From positions 1 to 32,623 of the forward strand of contig JBGAQA010000080.1 in assembly GCA_044220955.1 (NCBI GenBank): a stretch of 32,623 nt of DNA, in the 5' to 3' direction. Shown here one piece after another: positions 1 through 9,154 of the stretch. The DNA comes from Sandaracinaceae bacterium (GTDB lineage Bacteria > Myxococcota_A > Polyangia > Polyangiales > Sandaracinaceae). Each line of letters opens with the position of its first letter. Position 1 is the stretch's first letter. Under the pieces are notes generated by a model. The model was not told the DNA's origin and did not search any database. It worked only from the letters and a program-made list of their open reading frames with translations. Both the position numbers and the translations under genes were made by a program.

Positions 1-232
1 CACGATGTCTCGCATGCGACCGGCGAGCGCCGCGTCGCGCGCCTCGAGCACGTCGGCGGCGAGCGGCAGCCCGAGGACCGCGAAGCAGGCGTCGAACGTG
101 CTCGACGTGCCGGTCGGCGTGGTGGGCTCGCTCGCGAGCAGGAGGATGCCGTCGGCGTAGTCGTTGGTGCCCATCGCCGGCAGGCCCCGCGCGCCGTAGC
201 CGAGCGTGTGCTCCGCGTAGTCGAGCGTGTGC
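1..232 (-). pseudogene. 5'-truncated duplicate fragment of the GH94-like gene (direct repeat of 3999..4230); runs off the left edge of the window
   Basis: 1..232 aligns without gaps to 3999..4230 (offset 3998) with 7 mismatches. It encodes ...[30 protein letters not shown]... on the minus strand but lacks the upstream ~600 codons. Confidence 0.9.
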
Positions 233-259
233 AAGAGCGGCCGCCATCCACGGCGCGGC

Positions 260-517
260 TCGCTCGCTCGCGCGCAGATCACCGGCAATACGGTGGGCCT
301 GCTGAAGCTGCTCTTCCACCGCGAGACGCTCGCGATCCTCGGCATCCACTGCTTCGGCGACCAGACCGCCGAGATCGTGCACATCGGCCAGGCGATCATG
401 GCGCAGCCCGGCGCGGCCAACACGGTCATGTACTTCGTGAACACGACCTTCAACTACCCGACGATGGCCGAGGCCTACCGCGTCGCGGCGCTGAACGGCA
501 TCCACCGCCTCGTGTGA
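260..517 (+). pseudogene. sthA: 3' fragment (~85 aa) of soluble pyridine nucleotide transhydrogenase
   Basis: [33 protein letters not shown]...[10 protein letters not shown]...[23 protein letters not shown] is the characteristic SthA/UdhA C-terminus. The FAD/NAD-binding N-terminal portion is absent and is replaced by the GH duplicate. Confidence 0.9.
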
Positions 518-760
518 TCGCGAGGTGACCCCGGAGATCCGCCGTCGCGGTCGGCGCGACGCTGGGGGCCGGGCCCATCAGGGACGAGCTCGAGGGCTAC
601 CTCCGGCGTTCCTCCACCAGCTCGTCCGCGCTCACGCTTCCGCATCCCCGGGGGGCCGCGAGCACCACGTGCAGCAGGTCCCCGGACCGAGCGACGGCCT
701 GCCGCTGATGCTCGAGAGCCTCTAGGTCGCCGCGCTGTCGATCGCTATCATCGCGCGCGT

Positions 761-2614
761 ATGTCGGACCTCTTCGAAGAACGGCGCGAGCGCATCGTCG
801 AGCTGCTCGCTCCCGGCACGACCATCCTCGCGATCGGCGAGACGGAGGCCACGTGCCTCGGCACCGGAGGCAAGCTCTTCCGCGACTTCGAGGGCTCGAC
901 CCGGAACATGGTCGTCGCGGTCACGTCGGCGGGGATCGTGCTCATGCCGCACTCCTTCGACGGCGGCTTCGGAGCGGGCAACTTCCACTACGCGACCGAC
1001 GCGATCCCGTGGGGTGCGATCCAGAAGCTGATCGAGCCGACCGCGCTGATCCAGGGCGACCGCAAGGGGCTCAACATCATCCTCGGCGAGGGCGTGCTCG
1101 TACAGACCGCGTGCTTCCCGGGCAAGCCGGGCGACGCGCAGACACACTTCCACGCGCAGGGCGCGTCCATCGCCATCCAGGCGTGGCAGCAGGCGCTCGC
1201 GGCAGGAGCGCCGCGCAGCGAGCCCGTCACGCTCGGGCGCGCGAAGTTCCCGTCGGAGCCGAGCGTGCTCGACTTCGTACGCTTCGTCGTGACGCCTCGC
1301 CTGCGCGCCGGCGAGGCGATCGAGCTATGCGGAGCGGTCACCACGCACGACGTCGACGCGCTCGTCGCGGGCGCCACGCCTGCGACGGGTCCCGCTCCGC
1401 TGCTCGTCGTGGGAACGTCGCAGCGCCTGCTGCTGGTCCGGACCACGCTCTCCGCGCTCGGCACGCCGTGCGCCGAGAACGCCGGCGTGGCGTCGATCGA
1501 GCTCGCGCAGATCCATTGGCAGCCCGACGTCGCTCAGGCCTGCCGGGGCGGCACGCCCTACGTGCGCTTCCTACTCGACAGCACGACCCAGGTGACGCTC
1601 GACTTCGCGACGCCGCGACCGGACGTGCCCGGCGACGTGGGCTTCCGGCAGGGCTTCTCGCAGTGGCTCGTCGCGCACACCTCGAGCGCGCCTCCGCCGG
1701 TCGCGCCCGGGCCGGGACCGACGCGTCGCGCGGCTGAGACGTGGCCGAACAACGTGGACGCGCGGCGCGTGGCCATCCTCCATGGAGTGCACCAGCGGCG
1801 CGCGGTGGATGCGGGCAGCTCGAGCCCGGCGCTGCCGATCGCGATGCTCGCGCTCGCGGGGCTCGCAGGTCTCGCCGCCGCCTACGAAGGCCTCAGCTTC
1901 CTCACCGGCATGATCCACGGCATCCCGATGCCGACGTTCGCGTGCTGCAGCCTGTTCGCAGCCGGGATCTCCATCGGCCTCGGCTACGGCGGCTGGACGC
2001 GTCTCGAGAAGCGGCGCGCCGCCAAGCAGGCGCTCGAGGGAGGCGTACCGTCGAGCACCGAGCCGCAGAGCCGCCGCGTGCTGATCGGGGCGCTGGCGGT
2101 GCTCGGGATGGTGTGTGGCCTCTGCTGCCTGGTCTCGCTCGGCTCGCGCATGCTGGGTGGAGGTGGCGGCCCCGAGTCCGTCGTGGGGATCCCCGCGATC
2201 ATCACGGCGGCGACCGCGGCAGGCGTGTGCGATGGTCGGCCGCTGGCGGGCGCCGGGCCGGTCACGAGCAACCCGACCTTGCTCGTGTTCACGACTTCGC
2301 CGGTCGACGCGCCGGTGGCGCACCCCGAGCTCTCGCAGCCGCCGCCGCTCACCCTGCCGACGTTCACGTACGCCGTGTGCATGGCGGGCCCGACGCCGGA
2401 CCCCGTGGCCTCGCCGCGCCCCGGATGCACCGAGCTGAGCCACTGGGACGTGCGCGTGGTGCGCGCCGCCACCGGCCAGGTGGTCGCGACGGGCACCATG
2501 CGGCAGGCCCCCAACGCGCAGTGTGCCGCCGGGAGCACGGAGGGCGACTACCACGGCACGCCGACCGCGTCCGACATCCACGATTGGGTGCACGCGCACG
2601 CCCCCCTGCGCTGA
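761..2614 (+). CDS. hypothetical membrane protein (617 aa): soluble N-terminal region, ~3 hydrophobic segments, Cys-containing C-terminal domain
   Basis: Long ATG-started ORF with GC-rich third positions. Hydrophobic stretches: LPIAMLALAGLAGLAAAY, FACCSLFAAGISIGLGYGGW, VLIGALAVLGMVCGLCCLVSL. Confidence 0.8.
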   Translation: MSDLFEERRERIVELLAPGTTILAIGETEATCLGTGGKLFRDFEGSTRNMVVAVTSAGIVLMPHSFDGGFGAGNFHYATDAIPWGAIQKLIEPTALIQGDRKGLNIILGEGVLVQTACFPGKPGDAQTHFHAQGASIAIQAWQQALAAGAPRSEPVTLGRAKFPSEPSVLDFVRFVVTPRLRAGEAIELCGAVTTHDVDALVAGATPATGPAPLLVVGTSQRLLLVRTTLSALGTPCAENAGVASIELAQIHWQPDVAQACRGGTPYVRFLLDSTTQVTLDFATPRPDVPGDVGFRQGFSQWLVAHTSSAPPPVAPGPGPTRRAAETWPNNVDARRVAILHGVHQRRAVDAGSSSPALPIAMLALAGLAGLAAAYEGLSFLTGMIHGIPMPTFACCSLFAAGISIGLGYGGWTRLEKRRAAKQALEGGVPSSTEPQSRRVLIGALAVLGMVCGLCCLVSLGSRMLGGGGGPESVVGIPAIITAATAAGVCDGRPLAGAGPVTSNPTLLVFTTSPVDAPVAHPELSQPPPLTLPTFTYAVCMAGPTPDPVASPRPGCTELSHWDVRVVRAATGQVVATGTMRQAPNAQCAAGSTEGDYHGTPTASDIHDWVHAHAPLR

Positions 2615-2719
2615 TCAAGGCGCCGCGCCGCACAGCGTAGTCGCAGCGAAAGCGACCCGGCCGTGAGGAGGTGATCGCGCGGCACGTGGCATCGTCCGGA
2701 CAGACACGACCATGTGGAA

Positions 2720-3042
2720 CTCTCGCTCGTGCTCGTGCACGCGCACCTCGGCGTCGAGGTCCCAGTCGCCGACGCGTGCCTTGCGGCGCGTGGGCAGGCG
2801 GAGGCCGAGGTCGTGCGGGTCGTCGTCCGCGGCGTGGCGCTGCGCGTCGAGGCCAGGTAGGCGCGCGCGATGCTCTGCTCGTCGTCATCGAGGTCGAGCT
2901 CGCGGCCGTCGAGCAGGCGCTCTGCGCGAGCGATGGCGCGGACCAGGATCGCCTCGACCTCTTCGGGGGTCGGAGCAGGCGCCCGGTGGAAGTCGCCGCC
3001 CGCGTCGTAGACGCCGTCGAGCGTGAGGGAGTGGTAGTGGAC
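2720..3042 (-). mobile_element. degenerate IS91-family (HUH/Y2 rolling-circle) transposase internal fragment, frameshifted
   Basis: Manual minus-strand translation gives VHYHSLTLDGVYDAGGDFHRAPAPTPEEVEAILVRAIARAERLL..., then after a frameshift near 2840 ...RLPTRRKARVGDWDLDAEVRVHEHERE. The HxH..L.LDGVY segment and the following layout match IS91-type transposases. No start codon and no catalytic-Tyr region. Confidence 0.7.
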
Positions 3043-3155
3043 GCGGCGCTCCGGTGCTGGGCTGCGTAGATCACGCGAGATCGCGACGCCGATCGGCGGA
3101 GGTGGCGGCGGGCCGCCGCCGGTCGATCACGTCCTGTCGAGCCGTGCCGCGGCGA

Positions 3156-6038
3156 TCAGCCGGGCGTGATCACCACGTCGACCGCCGTGCCCGCGCGCAC
3201 CGTCGCGGGCACGACGACGAGGCCGGCGTCGAGCGTCGGCGTCACCGCCACTCCGTCGATCGTCACGCTCGGGATGGGGCTCGTCCCGAAGGGCACGGCG
3301 ACGCGCAGCGTGATCGCGTCGTCGGCGAGCGGCGTGTAGCGCACGCGCATCCGATCGGGCGCCGAGTCGATCGAGAGGCGCGGCATGTGCACCGCGTAGG
3401 TGGCGGTCGGCACGCGCGGCACGACGTCGAGGCCCGCCGCGGTGGGGCGCACGCCGAGCAGGCCGAGCAGCGCGCGGAGCGGCCCGAGGTGCGCGTGCAC
3501 GTTCATCGCCGGCCAGTCGGAGTGCGCGGTCACCGCGCTCACGTCGGCCTCGCCGGGCCGATCGGCCGCCGGACCGTCGTAGGAGTCGGGGCCCGTCCAC
3601 ACGCCGTACCAGAGGTCCGGGTAGAGCGTCGCGTGGGTGAAGAGGGTGTTGCGCCCGAGCGACTCCCAGCCGCGCATCGGGTCGCGCCGCGACCACGCCT
3701 CGGTCACCCACGCGCTCGCGACCGGCCACACGCCGCCGATCTGCGGCTGCGTCGCGGTGCCGTGCGAGCCGTCGTACGCGATCGTCGTGAGCGCGCCGAG
3801 CGGCGTCTCGAGCTGGCGCTCGACGAGATCGAGCAGCGCGTCGCGCCGCGCGTCGGAGACGAGGCCGCCGAGGATCGGGAGCACCTGCGGCTCGAGGAAG
3901 AGGTAGTCGGGGGCGAGCGGGTTACCGCTGTCGACGAAGCCGCGGTGGTAGCGCGTGCCGTCCCAGGCCTCCGACTCCATCAGCGCCGTCTGCGCCGTCA
4001 CGATGTCTCGCATGCGACCGGCGAGCGCCGCGTCGCGCGCCTCGAGCACGTCGGCGGCGAGCGGCAGCCCGAGGATCGCGAAGTCGGCGTCGAACGTGCT
4101 CGACGTGCCGGTCGGGGTGGTGGGCTCGCTCGCGAGCAGGAGGATGCCATCGGCGTAGTCGTTGGTGCCCATGGCCGGCAGGCCCCGCGCGCCGTAGCCG
4201 AGCGTGTGCTCCGCGTAGTCGAGCGCGTGCGCGACGTGGTCGACGACGTCGCCGATCTCCCCGTCCGCGCGCGGCCAGTAGGCGACGCGGCGCGAGAGGA
4301 AGCTCCGGTCGCGCGTGGCCGCGACGTAGCGTCCGACGCTCGAGGGCAAGAGCCAGTACGCGTCGCTGCGCTGCCGGTAGAGGCCCACGTCGCTGTAGTC
4401 GCCGACGCCGGTCGTGGCGTAGGGGAAGCGATAGGCGCCCTCGGGCCCGCTCGCGCCGTGCTGCGTGCCCATCACGTACGCGAGCGTGTCGGCCGCGACC
4501 TCGGGATCGATGAAGAGCACGGCGTCCGCGAAGAGGTCGAGGTCGCCCATGGCGCCGTCGAGGCCGTGGATGAACTTGTAGGCGCCGCCCTGGCCGAGCA
4601 GGCGAACGCCCCGGTACTCGTCGTACGTGATCGACGCCAGCGTGCCGTAGGTGCTCCACGCGAGCTCGCGTTGCAGCGCGCCCGCGTTCGGAAGACCCGG
4701 GAAGGCGGCCCACACGAGGCGCGAGCGCATCGAGGCGCGCAGGTCCGGCAGCAGCGTGTCCGGATGCGCACGGAGCTCGGCGAGGGCGCCGTCGATCGTG
4801 GTGCCGAAGGGCTCGTAGCCGAACGCGAAGCGGAGCGTGGCGCGCCCGTGGGGCGGGAGCGAGAGCGGCACGCGCACGGCGAGGAACACCGGCTGCCCGG
4901 CGCCGGGGAGATCGAGCGCGCGCACGACGGGCATCGCGCCGGCGACGCGGGCCGGCGGCGTGCGATCGACGGGCGAGGACCAGAGCTCGTCCGCCGAGAG
5001 GAACACCGCGTCGGCGGAGGGACCCGCGTCGAGCCGCGCGAGGTAGAGGCGGTCGGGGAACCAGTCGATGGCGGCGCGATCGAGGCGATCGGTGATCCCG
5101 GCGGGGAGCACCGGCGTCGTGGTGGTGACGGTGACGAGACGCCCGCCGTCGGACGAGTCGACGTGGTGCGCGTAGGCGCTCACGACGTCGCGGCGGTGGC
5201 GGTCGACGCGCTCCGAGGCGCCGCGCGCGACGTCGCTCGTGAGCAGCTGCGCGTCGATGGGACGGTAGGCGACGTCCCAGGCCTCCGCGATGGAGACCTC
5301 CTCGGCCGTGCCGGTCGTGTTCTCGACCTCGATCTCGATGGCCACGGCGCGCGCTGCGACGTCGGGCGCGAGCACGCGGTGCGTGACGACGAGATCCTCC
5401 CAGCGCGTCGTGGTCTCGAAGATGCCGACCCCGAAGCGGCGCGACTGCTGCGCCTGCGCCGTGCTCGCGGGCAGGTCGGCAAAGCGCGTCGAGCGGACGC
5501 CGTGCGCCGCGTCGATCACGTAGGCGAAGCCGCCGCCGATCTGGCTGGGCTCGTCCGGGTGCTCGGGGTCGAGCCACTCGTCCCGCGCGGTGAGGCGCGC
5601 GTGTCCGCGATCCTGCGCGTAGAGCTCGACCTCGCCCGTCGCGTGCGCGATCGCCAGGACGCCGCGCCCGTTGCCGACCGCGTGCACCGGGTCGTGCATC
5701 GGATAGGGCCGCGGCGAGTACGCGAACGCCGCGGGATCGCAGCGCGGATCGATCGTGAAGTCGTACGCAGGCAGCCCGGCCTCGTCGACGGTCCACACGC
5801 CCTGGTGTCCGGAGCCGACCTCGCACGCGCCCAGGGTCTCCGGCGCGGCCGCCGAGGGGTCGTCGCAGCCCTCGTGCGACGCGCGCGCCGGCAGGACGAA
5901 GTCTACGCACTCGGCTGGCCCGGCGCCCTGGCCCGCGTCGGTGCCTGCGTCGGTCGCCGCATCGCTCCCTGCGTCGAGCGCGGGAGCGGGCTGCGTCGTG
6001 CAGCCGACGATCGCGAGAACGAGCAGGGCCGAGCGCAT
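3156..6038 (-). CDS. exported lipoprotein, GH94-like / (alpha/alpha)6-barrel glycoside hydrolase or phosphorylase (960 aa)
   Basis: Lipoprotein signal MRSALLVLAIVGC and a DAG linker. C-terminal half carries [24 protein letters not shown] and GGVWP, resembling the GH94-type catalytic barrel. Exact family is uncertain. Confidence 0.7.
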   Translation of the reverse strand: MRSALLVLAIVGCTTQPAPALDAGSDAATDAGTDAGQGAGPAECVDFVLPARASHEGCDDPSAAAPETLGACEVGSGHQGVWTVDEAGLPAYDFTIDPRCDPAAFAYSPRPYPMHDPVHAVGNGRGVLAIAHATGEVELYAQDRGHARLTARDEWLDPEHPDEPSQIGGGFAYVIDAAHGVRSTRFADLPASTAQAQQSRRFGVGIFETTTRWEDLVVTHRVLAPDVAARAVAIEIEVENTTGTAEEVSIAEAWDVAYRPIDAQLLTSDVARGASERVDRHRRDVVSAYAHHVDSSDGGRLVTVTTTTPVLPAGITDRLDRAAIDWFPDRLYLARLDAGPSADAVFLSADELWSSPVDRTPPARVAGAMPVVRALDLPGAGQPVFLAVRVPLSLPPHGRATLRFAFGYEPFGTTIDGALAELRAHPDTLLPDLRASMRSRLVWAAFPGLPNAGALQRELAWSTYGTLASITYDEYRGVRLLGQGGAYKFIHGLDGAMGDLDLFADAVLFIDPEVAADTLAYVMGTQHGASGPEGAYRFPYATTGVGDYSDVGLYRQRSDAYWLLPSSVGRYVAATRDRSFLSRRVAYWPRADGEIGDVVDHVAHALDYAEHTLGYGARGLPAMGTNDYADGILLLASEPTTPTGTSSTFDADFAILGLPLAADVLEARDAALAGRMRDIVTAQTALMESEAWDGTRYHRGFVDSGNPLAPDYLFLEPQVLPILGGLVSDARRDALLDLVERQLETPLGALTTIAYDGSHGTATQPQIGGVWPVASAWVTEAWSRRDPMRGWESLGRNTLFTHATLYPDLWYGVWTGPDSYDGPAADRPGEADVSAVTAHSDWPAMNVHAHLGPLRALLGLLGVRPTAAGLDVVPRVPTATYAVHMPRLSIDSAPDRMRVRYTPLADDAITLRVAVPFGTSPIPSVTIDGVAVTPTLDAGLVVVPATVRAGTAVDVVITPG

Positions 6039-6157
6039 GGCCGAGTGTAGCGTGCCGCGCGGACCTCGATCGGCGCGGCTCCTGACAGCGTGGTGACGGG
6101 TTTCTCCGGGGTAGCGCTCGACATCGCCGCGGCCGGGATCGATGGTTCGTGTCCCCG

Positions 6158-8089
6158 ATGCGCCTGCCCGACGTCGTCACGCAGAAGCTCGACGCGCTCC
6201 CCGCGTCGCCGGGCGTGTACGTCTTCTTCGACAGGAAGGGCGGCGTCCTCTACGTCGGCAAGGCGCGCTCGCTCAAGAGCCGCGTGCGCAGCTACTTCCA
6301 GCCCGGCCAGAGCGACACGCGCTTCTTCGTCGAGCGCCTCGAGCGCGAGATCGGCGACCTCGAGACCTTCGTCGCGAAGAACGAGAAGGAGGCCGCGCTG
6401 CTCGAGAACGCGCTCATCAAGGAGCGCAAGCCTCGCTACAACTTCAAGCTGCGCGACGACAAGGACTTCCTCTCGCTGCGCCTCGATCCGCGCGAGGCCT
6501 GGCCGCGCCTGACGGTGCTGCGCCGCCCGAGGCCCGACGGCGCCTGGTACTTCGGTCCCTACGACTCGGCCACGAGCGCGCGCCGCACGCTCCGCACCGT
6601 CAACCGCTTCTTCAAGCTCCGCACCTGCCGCGACACCGACTTCGCGCGCCGCGTGCGCCCCTGCCTGCAGTACCAGATCAAGCGCTGCGCCGGTCCCTGC
6701 GTCTTCGACGTCGACCGCGCGGAGTACGGCGCGCAGGCCGAGCTCGTGCGGCTCTTCCTCGAGGGCCGGCACGACGAGCTCGTACACGACCTCGAGGACC
6801 GCATGAGGGTGGCCGCATCGGAGCTCGCCTTCGAGCGCGCCGCGAGCTACCGCGATCAGCTCCGGGCGATCGACCGCGTCCGCGAGGAGCAGCGCGTCGA
6901 GGTCGTGAAGGACGTCGACCAGGACGCGATCGGCCTCTTCGTGCACGGCGACCGCGGCGAGATCGCGGTTGTGAACATCCGCGGCGGCCGCATGACGAAC
7001 GTGCGGACCTTCGACATCGACGAGGTCGCCCTCCCCGACGAGGAGATCGTCGCGGCGTTCGTGGCGTCGTACTACGTGAGCGCCGGATCGCTGCCCGACG
7101 AGATCCTCCTGCCCGTCGAGATCGAGGCGATGGAGGGCCTCGCCGACGTGCTCTCCGAGGAGCGCGGCGAGCGCGTGCGGCTCGCGCTGCCCCAGCGCGG
7201 CGGACGCAAGGATCTCGTGCGCATGGCGACCGAGAACGCCGAGCACGCGTTCAAGGAGAAGCAGCGCGAGCGCGAGGACGTCGAGACGCGCCTCACGGAG
7301 GTGATGACGAAGCTGCGCCTGCCGCGCCTGCCGCACCGGATCGAGTGCATCGATGTCTCGCACACGGGCGGCACCGACACGGTGTCGGCGATCACGGCGC
7401 TGCTCGACGGAGCGCCCGACCGGCGCCGCTACAAGAGCTTCCACGTGCGCAAGGTGAGCGGCGGCGACGACTTCGGCGCGATGCGCGAGGTGCTCTCGCG
7501 CCGGCTCGCCCGGCGGGGCGAGGCGGGCTGGGAGCTGCCGGACCTGCTCGTCGTGGACGGCGGCCGCGGCCAGCTCGGGATCGCGCTCGCGGTGCTCGAG
7601 GAGCTCGGCATCGAGGGGCTGCCGGTGTGCGGCCTCGCCAAGGAGAAGGACGACGTCCGCGGCGAGACCATGAGCGAGCGCGTGTACCTGCCCGGACAGA
7701 AGAACCCGATCACGCTGCGCGAGCGGAGCGCGACGCTGCACTTCCTCACCGCGGTGCGCGACGAGGCGCACCGCGTGTCGAACGAGCTGCGCAAGAAGCT
7801 CGGCAAGCGGCGGCGGCTGCGGAGCGGGCTCGACGACGTCCCGGGGGTCGGAAAGAAGACGCGCACGACGCTCTTGCGGGCGCTGGGATCGCTGCGGGCG
7901 ATCGCGGCCGCGAGCGTCGAGGAGCTGATGGCGGCGGGCGCGAGCCGCAAGCAGGCCGAGGCCGTCAGGGCCCACCTGGCCGAGGGCGCGGGCCTCGCCG
8001 GGGCCGAGGCCGAGATCGACGAGTCGGCGGCCGTCGAAGGGGCTTTCGAGCCGTCGACGAGCGATGAGAGCCCGCCGGTCGAGGGGTGA
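6158..8089 (+). CDS. uvrC: excinuclease ABC subunit C
   Basis: GIY-YIG N-terminus LPASPGVYVF...LYVGKARSLKSRVRSYF; PCLQYQIKRC; RIECIDVSH; PDLLVVDGGRGQ; RDEAHR; HhH LDDVPGVGKK. ATG at 6158, alternative GTG at 6149. Confidence 0.97.
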   Translation: MRLPDVVTQKLDALPASPGVYVFFDRKGGVLYVGKARSLKSRVRSYFQPGQSDTRFFVERLEREIGDLETFVAKNEKEAALLENALIKERKPRYNFKLRDDKDFLSLRLDPREAWPRLTVLRRPRPDGAWYFGPYDSATSARRTLRTVNRFFKLRTCRDTDFARRVRPCLQYQIKRCAGPCVFDVDRAEYGAQAELVRLFLEGRHDELVHDLEDRMRVAASELAFERAASYRDQLRAIDRVREEQRVEVVKDVDQDAIGLFVHGDRGEIAVVNIRGGRMTNVRTFDIDEVALPDEEIVAAFVASYYVSAGSLPDEILLPVEIEAMEGLADVLSEERGERVRLALPQRGGRKDLVRMATENAEHAFKEKQREREDVETRLTEVMTKLRLPRLPHRIECIDVSHTGGTDTVSAITALLDGAPDRRRYKSFHVRKVSGGDDFGAMREVLSRRLARRGEAGWELPDLLVVDGGRGQLGIALAVLEELGIEGLPVCGLAKEKDDVRGETMSERVYLPGQKNPITLRERSATLHFLTAVRDEAHRVSNELRKKLGKRRRLRSGLDDVPGVGKKTRTTLLRALGSLRAIAAASVEELMAAGASRKQAEAVRAHLAEGAGLAGAEAEIDESAAVEGAFEPSTSDESPPVEG

Positions 8090-8147
8090 GAAAGCGCGCC
8101 GGGCTCGCCGGCGGAGGGTTGAATCCTGGAACCGGTGCGTACGTCAG

Positions 8148-8162
8148 TGAGAATCATTCCGG
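8148..8162. promoter_or_regulatory. Fur-box-like site (partial)
   Basis: TGAGAATCATTCCGG matches the 7-1-7 palindrome TGAGAAT-N-ATTCTCA over its first 12 nt, in an AT-enriched intergenic region upstream of tonB. Confidence 0.5.
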
Positions 8163-8204
8163 GTTTCACTTGATCTTTCCGCGCGCGACCGGAATGCTTG
8201 CGCC

Positions 8205-8219
8205 TGAGATTCATTCTCA
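8205..8219. promoter_or_regulatory. Fur-box-like site
   Basis: TGAGATTCATTCTCA is one mismatch from a perfect 7-1-7 palindrome and lies 21 nt upstream of the tonB ATG. Confidence 0.65.
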
Positions 8220-8240
8220 CCCCTGACTCGCACTCCGCCC

Positions 8241-9110
8241 ATGATCGGCCCCATCACCGCGAAGCTCGCTGGACCGGCCCCCGCCTTGGAGAGCGGCGCG
8301 CGTCCGCGGGGGCTCGATCGACCGAGCGGGAGCGCGCCGGTCTCGCTGCCGATCCTGGCGTCGGTGGCGATCCACGGCGCGATCGCGCTGGCGCTGATCG
8401 GCCTGCCGATGCCCGCGAGCCTCGCCTGCGAGCTCGAGAGCACGTGGGTCTCGTTCGACCTCCCTCCGCCTGCGCCCGCGGCGATCGCTCCCGCGGTTCC
8501 ACCGCCAGCGCCGGTGGCTGCGCCCGAGCCCGAGCGCGTCGTCCGGCACGAGCGGCCGACGCCCACGCCGGAGCCCGCGGCGATCGTCGCACCGCAGCCC
8601 GAGGTGATCGCGCCTCCGTCGATCGACGAAGCCTTCGCCGAGCCCCCGCCCCCCGCGGCGTCGCTCACCACCGACGGGGCGGGCGCGTTCGCCGTCGCTC
8701 CTGGAGAGCTCGGTGGTGCTCCTGGCGGCGTCCCGGGGGGCCACGGCACCTCGCTCGTCTCGACGGTCCGCCCCGCGCCGCGCGAAGACGCGGGCCCGAG
8801 CGAGGCCGATCGCCGCCGCGCGCGCCGCGGCTACGTCCACTCGGTCGAGGAGCTGGTCCGCGCGCACGCGCGCTATCCGCGCGCGGCGGCCCGAGAGGGG
8901 CTGCAGGGCCGCGTCGAGCTCGCGATGCGCATCGGCGGCGACGGTCGCGTCCTGGCGATCCGCGTGGCCAGCACCTCGGGCCACGCGCTGCTCGACGACG
9001 CCGCGCTCGACGCGGCGCGCGAGATCGACCGCGTGCCTGCGCCACCTCTCGTCGCCGCGCTCACCTCCACCGACGAGGTGCGTGTGGGTGTCGTCTACGT
9101 CGTCCGCTGA
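8241..9110 (+). CDS. tonB: energy transducer TonB family protein
   Basis: TM helix with the SxxxH motif (LASVAIHGAIALALI), a Pro-rich linker, and a TonB C-domain YPRAAAREGLQGRVELAMRIGGDGRV...TSGHALLDDAALDAA. Confidence 0.9.
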   Translation: MIGPITAKLAGPAPALESGARPRGLDRPSGSAPVSLPILASVAIHGAIALALIGLPMPASLACELESTWVSFDLPPPAPAAIAPAVPPPAPVAAPEPERVVRHERPTPTPEPAAIVAPQPEVIAPPSIDEAFAEPPPPAASLTTDGAGAFAVAPGELGGAPGGVPGGHGTSLVSTVRPAPREDAGPSEADRRRARRGYVHSVEELVRAHARYPRAAAREGLQGRVELAMRIGGDGRVLAIRVASTSGHALLDDAALDAAREIDRVPAPPLVAALTSTDEVRVGVVYVVR

Positions 9111-9154
9111 GACGCGTCGCACCCCCGCGCCATGACCGAACCGTGAGGGCGCGC

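Noticed and set aside
1..232. Repeat pair 1..232 / 3999..4230 as a DGR template and variable repeat
   Set aside because: Mismatches are not adenine-specific (two are C/G changes), three are synonymous, and the window has no reverse transcriptase.
525..725. 66-aa ORF, and in another frame [10 protein letters not shown] (~577-606) faintly like an IS91 transposase N-terminal segment
   Set aside because: Too short to support, lacks the following Cys motif, and lies on the opposite strand to the relic at 2720..3042.
3054..6050. 998-aa + strand ORF and similar long ORFs (5903..7975, 9095..11674, 11792..13618, 13578..16511, 19738..21834, 24071..26203)
   Set aside because: Antisense or off-frame shadows of real genes, Arg/Ala/Gly-rich and typical of high-GC DNA, with no recognisable motifs.
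6039..6157. LexA/SOS box upstream of uvrC
   Set aside because: No convincing palindrome or recognisable LexA motif.
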